DNA from: an uncultured Planctomycetales bacterium
Lineage (GTDB): Bacteria; Omnitrophota; Gorgyraeia; Gygaellales; Profunditerraquicolaceae
Direction of reading: 5' to 3'
Length of the DNA: 62,777 bases
Assembly: GCA_964487475.1 (NCBI GenBank)
Contig: CAZAPM010000003.1
Location: 1-62,777 of the forward strand
This document shows positions 19,686-29,148 of this stretch, one piece after another. A program made the translations under genes and the position numbers. Position 1 is the stretch's first letter. Each line of letters opens with the position of its first letter. The notes under the pieces are model-generated. The model had not been told where the DNA came from. It did no database searches and saw nothing but the letters and a program-made list of their open reading frames with translations.

Positions 19686-19686
19686 C

Positions 19687-20379
19687 TCATCCCTCGAATA
19701 ATGCCCTGCCCAGCCGCACCATGGTCGCCCCCTCTTCCACCGCGACCGGAAAATCGTCCGTCATCCCCATGGAGAGCTCGGTCAGCGGCTGCGGATATAT
19801 CCCTGCGGCATTCACCTCGTCCCGCAGCGTGCGCAGCATCCTGAAATACGGCCGCGCCTCTTCCGCGTCCCGGACGATCGGCGCGACGGTCATCAGTCCC
19901 CGCAGCTTGACATGCGCCAGCCGGGAGATATCTCTCACGGCCTGATGCAGCGACTCCGGGGTCAAGCCCTCCTTTGAAGGCTCCGGAGAGACTTTCACCT
20001 CGATCAGGCACTCCTGCACTTTTCCCAGCGCCGCGGCGTGCTTCTCGATCTCCTGCGCCAGGGCCACGGAATCCAGGGAATGGATGAGCGAGAAGAGCCT
20101 CACCGCATCCCGCGCTTTATTGCGCTGCAAATGGCCGATCAGATGCCACACCACCGCGCGGGACCACGGCTGCTCCGAGGCCAATGCGATCTTCTCCCTG
20201 GCCTCCTGCACGCGGTTCTCCCCGATGTGCACCACGCCGGCATCCAAGGCCTCCCTGACGGATCCGACCGGCCGGGTCTTGGTGACCGCGATCAGGGTCA
20301 CTTCCGACGGGTCCCGGCCTGCAAGGTGCGCCGCCTGCGCGATGGCGCTGCGCACCTTGACCAACGCTGCCGCCCGCAT
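19687..20379 (-). CDS. yggS: PLP homeostasis protein (YggS)
   Basis: AVTKT, GENRVQE, WHLIGHLQRNK, LSMGMTDD, RLGRALF; ATG overlaps ftsA stop (TAATG). Confidence 0.95.
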   Translation of the reverse strand: MRAAALVKVRSAIAQAAHLAGRDPSEVTLIAVTKTRPVGSVREALDAGVVHIGENRVQEAREKIALASEQPWSRAVVWHLIGHLQRNKARDAVRLFSLIHSLDSVALAQEIEKHAAALGKVQECLIEVKVSPEPSKEGLTPESLHQAVRDISRLAHVKLRGLMTVAPIVRDAEEARPYFRMLRTLRDEVNAAGIYPQPLTELSMGMTDDFPVAVEEGATMVRLGRALFEG

Positions 20380-21638
20380 TAAAAATACTCCAGGTACACT
20401 TCCTTGACCTTGTTGACCATCCGGGTGAAAAGATGCGGGTACATCTGCGGGTTGGCCAGCATCCTGGGCTTTTCCGTGCGCAGCAGATGACAGACCACTC
20501 CCAGCGAAGTCAGATAATGCAGGTACTTCTGCCCGGAAAGGATATCGTAACGGTGCGCCAGGGAGGCGACCTGCGGGTTCGCGATCCTCCCTAAGACCAC
20601 CGGCACTCCCCACACCTGTTCAAAAGCCTCGATGAAGCCGCCCATCAGCAACGTGCGCCCCGTCACCACCAGCGAGGAAACCTCGGACGCCAGGACCATG
20701 CTTTCCACGGAGCTCTTGATGAGCCGGCACATCCCCTGGGCCCTATCGTCGAGGATACGCAGCAGCACGGTGCGCTTGATCGGCTTGTACGCCGCCTGCT
20801 GCTTGATCAGGATCTCCTTCTCATCCGGCGCCGCGGATGTTTCACCGACCGCGCCGTGGCTCTTCTTGATCTCCTCGGCCAGATCGGTGGAGATCTGCAG
20901 CTGGTGCGCCACCTCTGCGGTCAAGTCCTGCCCCCCCAGCGCCAGCACCCGCATATCCTTGATCATCCCGTCCTCGAAGACGATGATCTCGGTCACATCC
21001 TTGCCGATATCGCAGAGCACCTGCGTGCCGCTGCGCGACCCCGGCTCGAAAACCACTTCACTCGTGGCGATAGGCGCGCAAAGCACGTGCTTGATCTCGC
21101 TTCCGGCCTGGTTCATCACTTTGGTGATGTTCTGCACCAGAGAAAGCCGGGCGCAGATAAGATACAGGTCCACTTCCAGCTTGTGGCTGTAAAGCCCCAG
21201 CGGATTGCGGATGCCGCCCTTGGCATCGATGGAATACGCCGCGGGGATCTGATGGATGATCTCCTCCTCGAGGTTGGAACCGAGGATACGCGCCTGCTCG
21301 ATCACCCGCTGCAGGTCATACTCCATGATCACTTTATTGCCCCGCTCCGCCAGGGGGATGATGGCGTAACTGTGCTTGGTGATGATGTCCTGGCCGGAGA
21401 TGGCGGCGCTGACGTACTTAGGGGTGATCCCCGACTTCGCCTTCAGGCCCTTGAGCACCTTGCCGATCGATTCCACCAGTTCCACGGCATCCACCACCGT
21501 ACCCTGGGCCACCCCGCGGGAAGACACCGACTCGAAAAACAGTTCCTGCACCTGCCGCTTCCTGGAAAGCACCGCCAGCGTGGCCGATATCTTACTTGAT
21601 CCTATGTCGATCCCGCAAAGGTATGGAGTGGAACGCAT
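20379..21638 (-). CDS. ftsA: Cell division protein FtsA (divergent)
   Basis: GIDIGSSKI, SRGVAQG, IRNPLGL, AEEIKKSHG, C-terminal amphipathic helix; follows ftsQ. Confidence 0.88.
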   Translation of the reverse strand: MRSTPYLCGIDIGSSKISATLAVLSRKRQVQELFFESVSSRGVAQGTVVDAVELVESIGKVLKGLKAKSGITPKYVSAAISGQDIITKHSYAIIPLAERGNKVIMEYDLQRVIEQARILGSNLEEEIIHQIPAAYSIDAKGGIRNPLGLYSHKLEVDLYLICARLSLVQNITKVMNQAGSEIKHVLCAPIATSEVVFEPGSRSGTQVLCDIGKDVTEIIVFEDGMIKDMRVLALGGQDLTAEVAHQLQISTDLAEEIKKSHGAVGETSAAPDEKEILIKQQAAYKPIKRTVLLRILDDRAQGMCRLIKSSVESMVLASEVSSLVVTGRTLLMGGFIEAFEQVWGVPVVLGRIANPQVASLAHRYDILSGQKYLHYLTSLGVVCHLLRTEKPRMLANPQMYPHLFTRMVNKVKEVYLEYF

Positions 21639-21656
21639 GTTGTTCACCCGCCGTGG

Positions 21657-22514
21657 TTACCGTTCAGTGGCCTCTTTCAGCTTGATCACCGGGTCGCTGA
21701 ACCGCATATCAACGTATTTGATGGTATCCGCCGCAGCCTTCAGCTGCAGAAAAAGCTCGCTCAACAGGCGCAGTTTATTGCGCAGATGCTCCTGGCTTAT
21801 CTTGACCTCCAGAAGGTCCGTGCCTGCATCCGGCGCCGCTTCCGCCGCGCCCGGCACCGTCACGGCCGGAACTTCCGCAGGACGGGCCAGCGCGAAGGTG
21901 ATATCGTTGAGGTTCGAAAGGTCGATCCGGCGCACCCGGTATCCCTGCAGCCCCTTGTGCACCTGCACCGCCTTGATCACTTCCACCCCGATCATCAGGT
22001 CCCGGTAGGGGTACCTGCGCCCCATCACCGGGGATCTGAGCTTGCGCTCCAGCCCAGTGATCAGCGGCAGCGCATCCCCGGCCTCCCCTTTGAACGGCTC
22101 GAAGAACACCAGGTCCTCGCTTAAGGAATACACCGAACTCCCCAGTTTCACCTGCGCGATCGAGGCCCGGGTCGCCAGCGATACGAACACCCGATCCGGC
22201 GGCACGCGGATCAGCCTCACCTTCTTGAAACTGGGATACTTCCGGGAGATCCTGTCCGCTTCCGTATCCAGATCGATGGAAAAGATATTGCGTCCCTTGA
22301 GGTACGCCACCTCCAGGAAGCGGCCGTCCGGCGCATGCTCCATTGCCGGGACCACCTGCACGTGCCTGATGATGAAGAAGGAGTTCGCGCTCCAGGACCA
22401 GACGATAAATGCCAGCACTCCCAGGGCCGCCGTCCAGCATGCCGCCGCAATAAGACGCGTGCGCCTGGCCTCCTGTCCCGGCCGGGAAGCTTCAGGCTTT
22501 CTTGATCTTCTCAT
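21657..22514 (-). CDS. ftsQ: FtsQ/DivIB-like cell division protein
   Basis: Basic N-tail, single TM, POTRA-like GRNIFSIDL...PDRV, LPLITG, C-terminal YVDMRF. Confidence 0.8.
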   Translation of the reverse strand: MRRSRKPEASRPGQEARRTRLIAAACWTAALGVLAFIVWSWSANSFFIIRHVQVVPAMEHAPDGRFLEVAYLKGRNIFSIDLDTEADRISRKYPSFKKVRLIRVPPDRVFVSLATRASIAQVKLGSSVYSLSEDLVFFEPFKGEAGDALPLITGLERKLRSPVMGRRYPYRDLMIGVEVIKAVQVHKGLQGYRVRRIDLSNLNDITFALARPAEVPAVTVPGAAEAAPDAGTDLLEVKISQEHLRNKLRLLSELFLQLKAAADTIKYVDMRFSDPVIKLKEATER

Positions 22515-23439
22515 ACGCCAATGCCACCAGTCTCACGCACAGTTGCGAAAAATCCATTCCCGCCTGCCGCGCCGCCTTCGGCAGCAGGCTGGTCTCGGTC
22601 ATGCCGGGAATGGTGTTGATCTCCAGCACATACGCCTGGCCGTCGGCCGCGAGCATGATATCCACGCGGGCGGCCCCGCTGCAGCGCAGCGCCCGGTACG
22701 CGCGCACCCCCGCCTCCTGCACCAGCGACTGCTCCGCCGCGGTAAGAGGCGCCGGCACGATATACTCGGTCATGCCCTTTTCGTATTTCGCCTGGTAATC
22801 GAACACCTTCTTCTTCGGACGGATCTCCACCACCGGAAGCGCCTCCCCGTCGATCACTCCGACGGTAAGCTCCCGGCCGGCGATAAACTCTTCGATCAGC
22901 ACCTTCTCGTCGAAGGAGAACGCGGTCTTAAGCGCCTCGGAAAAAAGCGCGGATTCCTCCACCAGGGAAAGCCCTATGCTCGATCCGTGCGTGGCCGGTT
23001 TGACCACTACCGGAAACGGTATCGTTATGCCCAGCGGCGCAAAGGCTCCCTCGGAGGTGCGCAGCCGCACCTCATACCGGGGGATGCGTATCCCCGCGGC
23101 AAGAAAAGCCTGATGCGCCGAGACCTTATCCATCGCCTGGCGGCTCGCATCCACGCCCGATCCGGTATACGGCAGTCGCAGCCCCTCGAGCACCTGCTGG
23201 ATCTGCCCGTCCTCGCCGTAACGGCCGTGCAAAGCGACGAAGGCGCACTGCACCCCGTACGAGGAGATGCGCCGGGCATTCTCCTCCTGCCGGTCGGTCT
23301 CGATATCGATCTCCACCGCATCCAGTCCTGCCTGCCGCAACGCCAGGGCCACCGCCCGGCCGGAACGCAACGAGATCTCCCGCTCCGTCGAAGGGCCGCC
23401 CATCAGCACCCCGATCCGGCCCAAAGAGTTCACTTCCAT
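22492..23439 (-). CDS. ddl: D-Ala-D-Ala ligase
   Basis: GGPSTEREISL, LHGRYGEDG, GSSIG, DYQAKY, EINTIPG. Confidence 0.97.
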   Translation of the reverse strand: MEVNSLGRIGVLMGGPSTEREISLRSGRAVALALRQAGLDAVEIDIETDRQEENARRISSYGVQCAFVALHGRYGEDGQIQQVLEGLRLPYTGSGVDASRQAMDKVSAHQAFLAAGIRIPRYEVRLRTSEGAFAPLGITIPFPVVVKPATHGSSIGLSLVEESALFSEALKTAFSFDEKVLIEEFIAGRELTVGVIDGEALPVVEIRPKKKVFDYQAKYEKGMTEYIVPAPLTAAEQSLVQEAGVRAYRALRCSGAARVDIMLAADGQAYVLEINTIPGMTETSLLPKAARQAGMDFSQLCVRLVALAYEKIKKA

Positions 23440-24311
23440 AGTTTGATCTCCGCCTCCAGCGTCACGCCGAACTTGGCGCGCACCGCCCGGCGGGCTTTTT
23501 GCATCAGTAGCATTACGTCATGGGCCGTGGCACGGCCCGTATTCACGATGAAATTCGCGTGCACGGGAGAGATCGACGCCCCTCCCTGCCTCGTGCCTTT
23601 CAGGCCGCAGGCGTCGATCAGCCTGCCGGCGGCGTCATCTTCCGGATTCCTGAACACGCTTCCGGCCGAGGGGAACCGTAAGTCCTGCGAAACCTTGCGT
23701 TTTTTGGCGTACTCGAGCATCTTCGCGCGAACCCGCGCAGGCGTGGACCTTCGCAGCGCAAAGACCGCTTCCAGCACCACCACATTACCCAGGCCGCTGT
23801 CCCGGTATTTCCAGCGGATATCCCCGGCCTCAAGCACCCTGATTTGGCCGCGCATATCCATCACCGTGACTCGCCTGGCTACATCCCCGATGCATCTTCC
23901 CCAGGCGCCCGCGTTCATCATCACCGCACCGCCGACGGTACCGGGTATCCCGGCAAGGAACTCCAGGCCCGCATCCCCGCGCTGCGCCGCTTCCCGCACC
24001 AGCGCGGAAAGCATGCATCCTGCGCCCGCGGTCACCTCCCGGGAACGGAAAGACACCCGGGAAAAGGAAGGCGCGCGCAAACGGCACACCACTGCCCGCA
24101 CTCCCTTGTCCGCCACCAGCAGATTGCTTCCCGCGCCGAGTATACGAAGCGGTATTGTAGCCCTTTTTGCCCCCAGAATCAATACTTTTAACTCCTGCGC
24201 GTCCCGGGGTTCGGCCAGGACAGACACCGGCCCTCCTATGCACAGTGAGGTATGCCGGCACAGAGGCTCTTTAAAGAGGACGCTGCCGCGTAAAATATTC
24301 AGCCATTTCAT
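23430..24311 (-). CDS. murB: UDP-N-acetylenolpyruvoylglucosamine reductase
   Basis: LGAGSNLL, GIPGTVGG, MNAGA, SAGSVFRNP, HANFIVN. Confidence 0.95.
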   Translation of the reverse strand: MKWLNILRGSVLFKEPLCRHTSLCIGGPVSVLAEPRDAQELKVLILGAKRATIPLRILGAGSNLLVADKGVRAVVCRLRAPSFSRVSFRSREVTAGAGCMLSALVREAAQRGDAGLEFLAGIPGTVGGAVMMNAGAWGRCIGDVARRVTVMDMRGQIRVLEAGDIRWKYRDSGLGNVVVLEAVFALRRSTPARVRAKMLEYAKKRKVSQDLRFPSAGSVFRNPEDDAAGRLIDACGLKGTRQGGASISPVHANFIVNTGRATAHDVMLLMQKARRAVRAKFGVTLEAEIKLWK

Positions 24312-25662
24312 CGCAGATCCTTACTATGTCCCCCGCTCCCAAGGTCACCACCACGTCACCCGGCCGGGCCAGGCCCGTGATCCGGGAGAATAACTCCGGT
24401 TTCGCGACGTACTCCGCATGCAGCCCCGGCTGCGCCTCGCGCACCTTCTCCAGCAGCCCCTGCGCGCTCACCCCCTCGATAGGCGCCTCGGATGCCGCGT
24501 AGATATCGGTGAGCACCAGATGGTCCGCGCCGGCGAAACAACGGGAGAATTCCTCCAGCAGCAGCCGGGTCCGGGTATACCGGTGCGGCTGGAACACCAC
24601 CACCAGCCTGCGGGGATGCAGCTGCCTGACCGCGGCCAGCGTCGCCATGATCTCGGTGGGGTGATGGGCATAATCGTCGATGAGGGTAAAGGCCGGGGAG
24701 GAATACTTTACGTCGATCCTCCGTCCCGCTCCCTGATACGTGGAGAGCGCATGACGGATGACGCCGGGATCGATCCCCAGCTCCAGCCCCAGGGCGATCA
24801 CCGCCAGGGAATTGGATACGTTATGCATCCCGGCCAGCGCCAGGTCGAAAGTCCCCGCAGACGCTCCCCGCACCACGCACTCGAAGGAGGAACGCAGCCC
24901 CTCCATGCGCACCCCGCGGGGATGCACCTGGGCGGTATGTTCATCCAGGCCGAAGGTCGTCACCGGCACTTCCAGGAAAGGCAGCATCGCCCGCACATAC
25001 GGATCGTCGCTGCAGAGGAACGCCCGGCCCGCAGGCTTGGTCTGGCGCAGGAACTGGGCGAACGCCTCGACCTCGCGCTCGAATTCCCGGTAATAATCGA
25101 GATGCTCCTTGTCGATATTGGTCACCACGGAATACGTGGGGCGGTAACAGAGGAACGTGCCGTCAGACTCGTCGGCTTCCGCCACGAAATAGTCGCCCTC
25201 CCCGGTACAGGCGTTGGTCTGAAAATTCTTGGCGATCCCTCCGATGGCCACGGTAGGTTTTAACCCCGCTTCCCGCAGGAGATACGAGACCATCGAAGTG
25301 GTGGTGGTCTTGCCGTGGCTGCCGGCCACCGCCACCACCTTCTTCTCCTCCATCAGCTCCGCGAGAGCCTCGGCCCGGCGCAGCACCAGACGGGCGGTAC
25401 GCCTGCCCTCGGAAAGCTCCGGATTATCTTCCTTGACCGCGGAGGAGTAGATCACCACCTGGGCGCCCGCGGCATTCCCGGCGCTGTGCCCGATCGCCAC
25501 CTGCGCCCCCATCTGGCGCAGCTGCTGCACCAGGGCGCTTTCTTTGACGTCAGAGCCGGTCACCTTTTTGCCGCGCTTAAGCAGCAACTGCGCGATACAG
25601 CTCATGCCGATACCGCCGATACCGATAAGATGGAAATGCTCGTGTTGCGCAATGGTGGTCAC
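24271..25662 (-). CDS. murC: UDP-N-acetylmuramate-L-alanine ligase
   Basis: HLIGIGGIGMS, GSHGKTTT, EADESDG, DDYAHHPTE, FQPHRYTR; GTG start overlapping murG stop. Confidence 0.96.
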   Translation of the reverse strand: MTTIAQHEHFHLIGIGGIGMSCIAQLLLKRGKKVTGSDVKESALVQQLRQMGAQVAIGHSAGNAAGAQVVIYSSAVKEDNPELSEGRRTARLVLRRAEALAELMEEKKVVAVAGSHGKTTTTSMVSYLLREAGLKPTVAIGGIAKNFQTNACTGEGDYFVAEADESDGTFLCYRPTYSVVTNIDKEHLDYYREFEREVEAFAQFLRQTKPAGRAFLCSDDPYVRAMLPFLEVPVTTFGLDEHTAQVHPRGVRMEGLRSSFECVVRGASAGTFDLALAGMHNVSNSLAVIALGLELGIDPGVIRHALSTYQGAGRRIDVKYSSPAFTLIDDYAHHPTEIMATLAAVRQLHPRRLVVVFQPHRYTRTRLLLEEFSRCFAGADHLVLTDIYAASEAPIEGVSAQGLLEKVREAQPGLHAEYVAKPELFSRITGLARPGDVVVTLGAGDIVRICDEMAEYFTRQRPL

Positions 25663-26765
25663 TCGTACAAAACCTCCTTCACCAGGTTGTCCGCCGCATG
25701 TTCCGGCACCGCATGGGCGCAGCCAGCCCGCATCTGCGCGAGCCGCTGCGGCGCATCGATAAGCCCCTCGATCAAGGAAGCAAGCGCTTCTGCGCTCAAG
25801 TCGCGCTCTGCGCACAGCAGCGCCGCCTTGCGGGAGACCAGCACCTGCGCATTGAAGGACTGATGGGCTTTGGCATAAGGATACGGCACCAGGATCGACG
25901 GCACTCCGAAATACGCCAGCTCCGTGACCGCGCCCGCGCCGGAACGCGAGATGCACAGGTCCGCGCTGCAATATGCCGCCGGCATATCGGTGATGAATTC
26001 GCGCACCACCGCCTCGACCCCCGCCGCGGCATACCCCGCCTCCACCTCGCGCGCGTCCTCCTTGCCGGCAGCGTGCACGACCTGCACCCGGCCGCGCAGC
26101 CCCGGGAGCGCGCACGCCTGCACGCACGCGCGGTTAAGCGCATGCGCCCCCTGGCTGCCTCCCAGCACTAGCAGGATGAACCTATCCCCTTTCAGGTTGA
26201 ACCTGCGCAGCGCCTCCTGCCTGTCCATACGCCGCATGATCCCGCGCAAAGGATTCCCCGTCACCACCACCTTGCTTCCGTTGCCGGGGAAACGCTCCCG
26301 GCTTTCGGGAAAGGATACCGCGATGGTATCCGCGAAATACGCTAAAAGCCGGTTGGCCGCGCCCGGCACCACGTTCTGCTCGTGGATCGCCGTGCGGCAG
26401 CGGAAAAGCCAGGCCATGATCACCAGCGGCACGGACACGATGCTTCCGAAACCGACCACCACCTCCGGTTTGACGGAAGAGATATGCCGTGCGGCGCGTA
26501 CGAATGACAGGCAGAACTTCGCCAGCCCCCTGACCGCGCGGCGGTTGAACTCCCGGCGCACCGGCTCCACCTCCAGGGGCACGAGCGTCGCGCCCGACGC
26601 CTCGGCATCCACCCGGCAGGCGCAGCGCGCAGGCACCACCAGCCACGAACTCACCTGCTCGTGCCGCTGGCGCACCGTTTCCAGGAACGCAAGCGCGGGG
26701 AAAAGATGCCCTCCGCTGGCGCCGGCGACCGCCATGACCCTGCGGGCGCAATACCGGGAGGTCAT
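25659..26765 (-). CDS. murG: Lipid II GlcNAc transferase
   Basis: GASGGHLFPA, HEQNVVPG, TGNPLR, GGSQGA, SRSGA, HQSFNA. Confidence 0.95.
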   Translation of the reverse strand: MTSRYCARRVMAVAGASGGHLFPALAFLETVRQRHEQVSSWLVVPARCACRVDAEASGATLVPLEVEPVRREFNRRAVRGLAKFCLSFVRAARHISSVKPEVVVGFGSIVSVPLVIMAWLFRCRTAIHEQNVVPGAANRLLAYFADTIAVSFPESRERFPGNGSKVVVTGNPLRGIMRRMDRQEALRRFNLKGDRFILLVLGGSQGAHALNRACVQACALPGLRGRVQVVHAAGKEDAREVEAGYAAAGVEAVVREFITDMPAAYCSADLCISRSGAGAVTELAYFGVPSILVPYPYAKAHQSFNAQVLVSRKAALLCAERDLSAEALASLIEGLIDAPQRLAQMRAGCAHAVPEHAADNLVKEVLYE

Positions 26766-27859
26766 GGGTATTCTCCCGTACGCGCGATGTTCATCAGCAG
26801 ACCGACGCTGATCATATCGAAGATGAAGGACGATCCCCCGTAACTGATGAACGGCAGGGGCAGCCCCTTGGTAGGCAGCACTCCGCAGGAAACCCCGATA
26901 TTGATCGCCGCTTTGAAGCAGATCATGGAAAGCAATCCCAGCCCTAAGAAAAACCCGAAGGTCTGGGGGGTCTGTTTCAGGATACGTATCCCCTGCTGGA
27001 TGAAAAGCAAAAACAGCAGGATCACTCCCAGCGTGCCGATCAGCCCCAGCTCCTCGCCGATGATGGAAAAGATGAAATCCGTATGGGCGGCCGGCAGGTA
27101 GAAAAGCTTCTGCTTGGAATGCCCCAACCCCACCCCGAAGAACCCTCCGGAACCCAACGCGATCTGGGATTGGATCACCTGGAATCCCGAGCCGCGCGGA
27201 TCGGCCCAGGGGTTGAGGAACGCCAGGATGCGCGCCCGGCGGTACGGAGCGCTCATGATCAGGATAAGGAGCACGGGGATGCTGGAGAGCACCAGGGAAA
27301 GCAGATAGGTCATCCTGACCCGCGCCACAAAAAGCATGATCAGCACCACGGACCCCAGCGCCACGGAAGTCCCTAAGTCCGGCTGCAGCAATATCAGGCA
27401 CACGGTCATACCCAGCACCAGGATCGGGGGCATGAACCCCTTCCAGAGGTCCTTGAGCTGTTCGGAGCGCCGGGAGATGAAATCCGCCACGTAAATGATG
27501 ACCGCCAGGTTGGCGAACTCTGACGGCTGGAAACTGATGAACTTGAAAAAACGGAACCAGCGCCGTGCTCCGGAAACCTCCCGTCCGATACCGGGGATCA
27601 GCACCAGCACCAGCATCAGGAAGGAACAAAGCAGGATCGGCTTGGCATACCGGGACAGCACTCGGTAGTCCAGGCACATCACCAGGAAAGTAAGCAGCGA
27701 CCCGAAGACCAGGAAACTGGCGTGCCGTTTCAGGAAAAAGAACCCGTCATTGTACTGCTGGGCGGCGTAGATACTGGTGGAACTGTAGATCATCACCAGA
27801 CCGATGCAGATCAGGGTCACGGTGATCGAGAAAAGGTTGAGCCTTAAGGTCCTGGTCAT
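26762..27859 (-). CDS. ftsW: Cell division SEDS protein FtsW
   Basis: GARRW, FQPSEFA, QPDLGT, YLPAAHTDFIF, TKGLPLPFISYGGSS. Confidence 0.96.
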   Translation of the reverse strand: MTRTLRLNLFSITVTLICIGLVMIYSSTSIYAAQQYNDGFFFLKRHASFLVFGSLLTFLVMCLDYRVLSRYAKPILLCSFLMLVLVLIPGIGREVSGARRWFRFFKFISFQPSEFANLAVIIYVADFISRRSEQLKDLWKGFMPPILVLGMTVCLILLQPDLGTSVALGSVVLIMLFVARVRMTYLLSLVLSSIPVLLILIMSAPYRRARILAFLNPWADPRGSGFQVIQSQIALGSGGFFGVGLGHSKQKLFYLPAAHTDFIFSIIGEELGLIGTLGVILLFLLFIQQGIRILKQTPQTFGFFLGLGLLSMICFKAAINIGVSCGVLPTKGLPLPFISYGGSSFIFDMISVGLLMNIARTGEYP

Positions 27860-29139
27860 GCGGTCTCCCCCGCCGGAGGATGCTGCGCCATACGCTGCAC
27901 GATCTCCTTGAAGGCTTTACCCCGGTGTTCGTAATTGGAGAACATGTCGAAACTCGAGCACATCGGGGAAAGGAGCACGGTATCACCAGGCGAGGCGCGG
28001 CGGAACGCGGCATGCACCGCTTCCTCCAGGGTCGAGGCCGGGGTCACGGGAAAGGAGCGCTGCAGCGCATCCCGGATCAACGGGGCCGCTTCTCCTATCA
28101 CCACCACTTCCTTCACCCTCTCCTTCGCCGCGGGAATGATGGAAGCATACTCCACTCCCTTATGCTTACCCCCGCAGATGAGCACCACTTTTCCCGGAGC
28201 GCGCTGCAGCGCCCAGGTAGTGGATTCGGCGACCGTGGCTTTGGAATCATTGACGAAACGCACCCCTGCCACCTCCGCCACCAGCTCGTTACGATGCTCC
28301 AGCCCCTGGAACCCCTCGAATACCCGGTCACAGACATCCTCCCCCACGCCCAGGATCCGGCACACTTCGAGCACCGCGGCCTGGTTGGGATTGTACCGGC
28401 CGTGCGGCTCGAAATACGCGACGTGCGATGCCGCCTGCGCGGCGGCGGCGCAGAGCGCGGCGTCATGCCGGTTGACGAGGAGATGATCGCTCCGCTGCTG
28501 ATTCAGGAATATCCGTTTCTTGGCATCGAGATATTCCTGCATATCCTGATGCCGGTCAAGGTGATTGCGGTTCAAGTTCAGCATCACCGCGATGTACGGC
28601 CGGAAACCCCGTATCCGCTCCAGCTGGAAAGAACTCACCTCCAGGGCCACGAAATCCTCCGGGGACATACGCGGCACTTCGCCGCTGAAGGGGGTGCCGA
28701 TGTTCCCGCAGGTAAAGGTCTTTTTTCCGGAAGCCTCGAGGCAAAGGCCGATCAGGGTCGTCACCGTGGTCTTTCCGGTCGAACCGGTCACGGCGATGAC
28801 CGTCGCCGGACAAAGCTGCCAGGCCGCTTCGATCTCGCTGACGGTAAGTATCCCCGCATCGCGCGCCCACTGCAGCGGCGGCGCCGAGTCGGGAATGCCG
28901 GGAGAGACCACCACCAGGTCGCTTCCCTGCACGAACGCGGGAGTATGCCCCCCTACTTCCACGGCGATATCCGGGGATACAAGCTTCCGGCGGTTAGCCG
29001 CGGTCGCTTCCGTATCCGCGCAATCGCTCACGCGCACCCGGGCTCCCGCAGCATGCAGCAGATTGGCGCACCCCACTCCGGAACGGGCCAGCCCCAGCAC
29101 GGTCACGGTCTTTCCGGCGAAATATTCGGTGTTTCTCAT
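27856..29139 (-). CDS. murD: UDP-MurNAc-L-Ala-D-Glu ligase
   Basis: GLARSG, SPGIP, TGSTGKTT, EVSSFQL, HLDRH, NDSKAT, LSPMCSSFD. Confidence 0.96.
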   Translation of the reverse strand: MRNTEYFAGKTVTVLGLARSGVGCANLLHAAGARVRVSDCADTEATAANRRKLVSPDIAVEVGGHTPAFVQGSDLVVVSPGIPDSAPPLQWARDAGILTVSEIEAAWQLCPATVIAVTGSTGKTTVTTLIGLCLEASGKKTFTCGNIGTPFSGEVPRMSPEDFVALEVSSFQLERIRGFRPYIAVMLNLNRNHLDRHQDMQEYLDAKKRIFLNQQRSDHLLVNRHDAALCAAAAQAASHVAYFEPHGRYNPNQAAVLEVCRILGVGEDVCDRVFEGFQGLEHRNELVAEVAGVRFVNDSKATVAESTTWALQRAPGKVVLICGGKHKGVEYASIIPAAKERVKEVVVIGEAAPLIRDALQRSFPVTPASTLEEAVHAAFRRASPGDTVLLSPMCSSFDMFSNYEHRGKAFKEIVQRMAQHPPAGETA

Positions 29140-29148
29140 CGTTCGTCT

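Noticed and set aside
22042..24393. Long plus-strand ORFs (783 aa here; also 12563-14338, 33188-34867, 60895-62556, 7-684)
   Set aside because: Antisense shadows of well-supported minus-strand genes in GC-rich DNA, with no recognisable motifs
13478..27677. Apparent N-terminal extensions or fusions on lgt, mtnP, yggS, murC and murG in the ORF track
   Set aside because: The extensions overlap upstream genes in another frame; internal starts coupled to upstream stop codons fit family lengths
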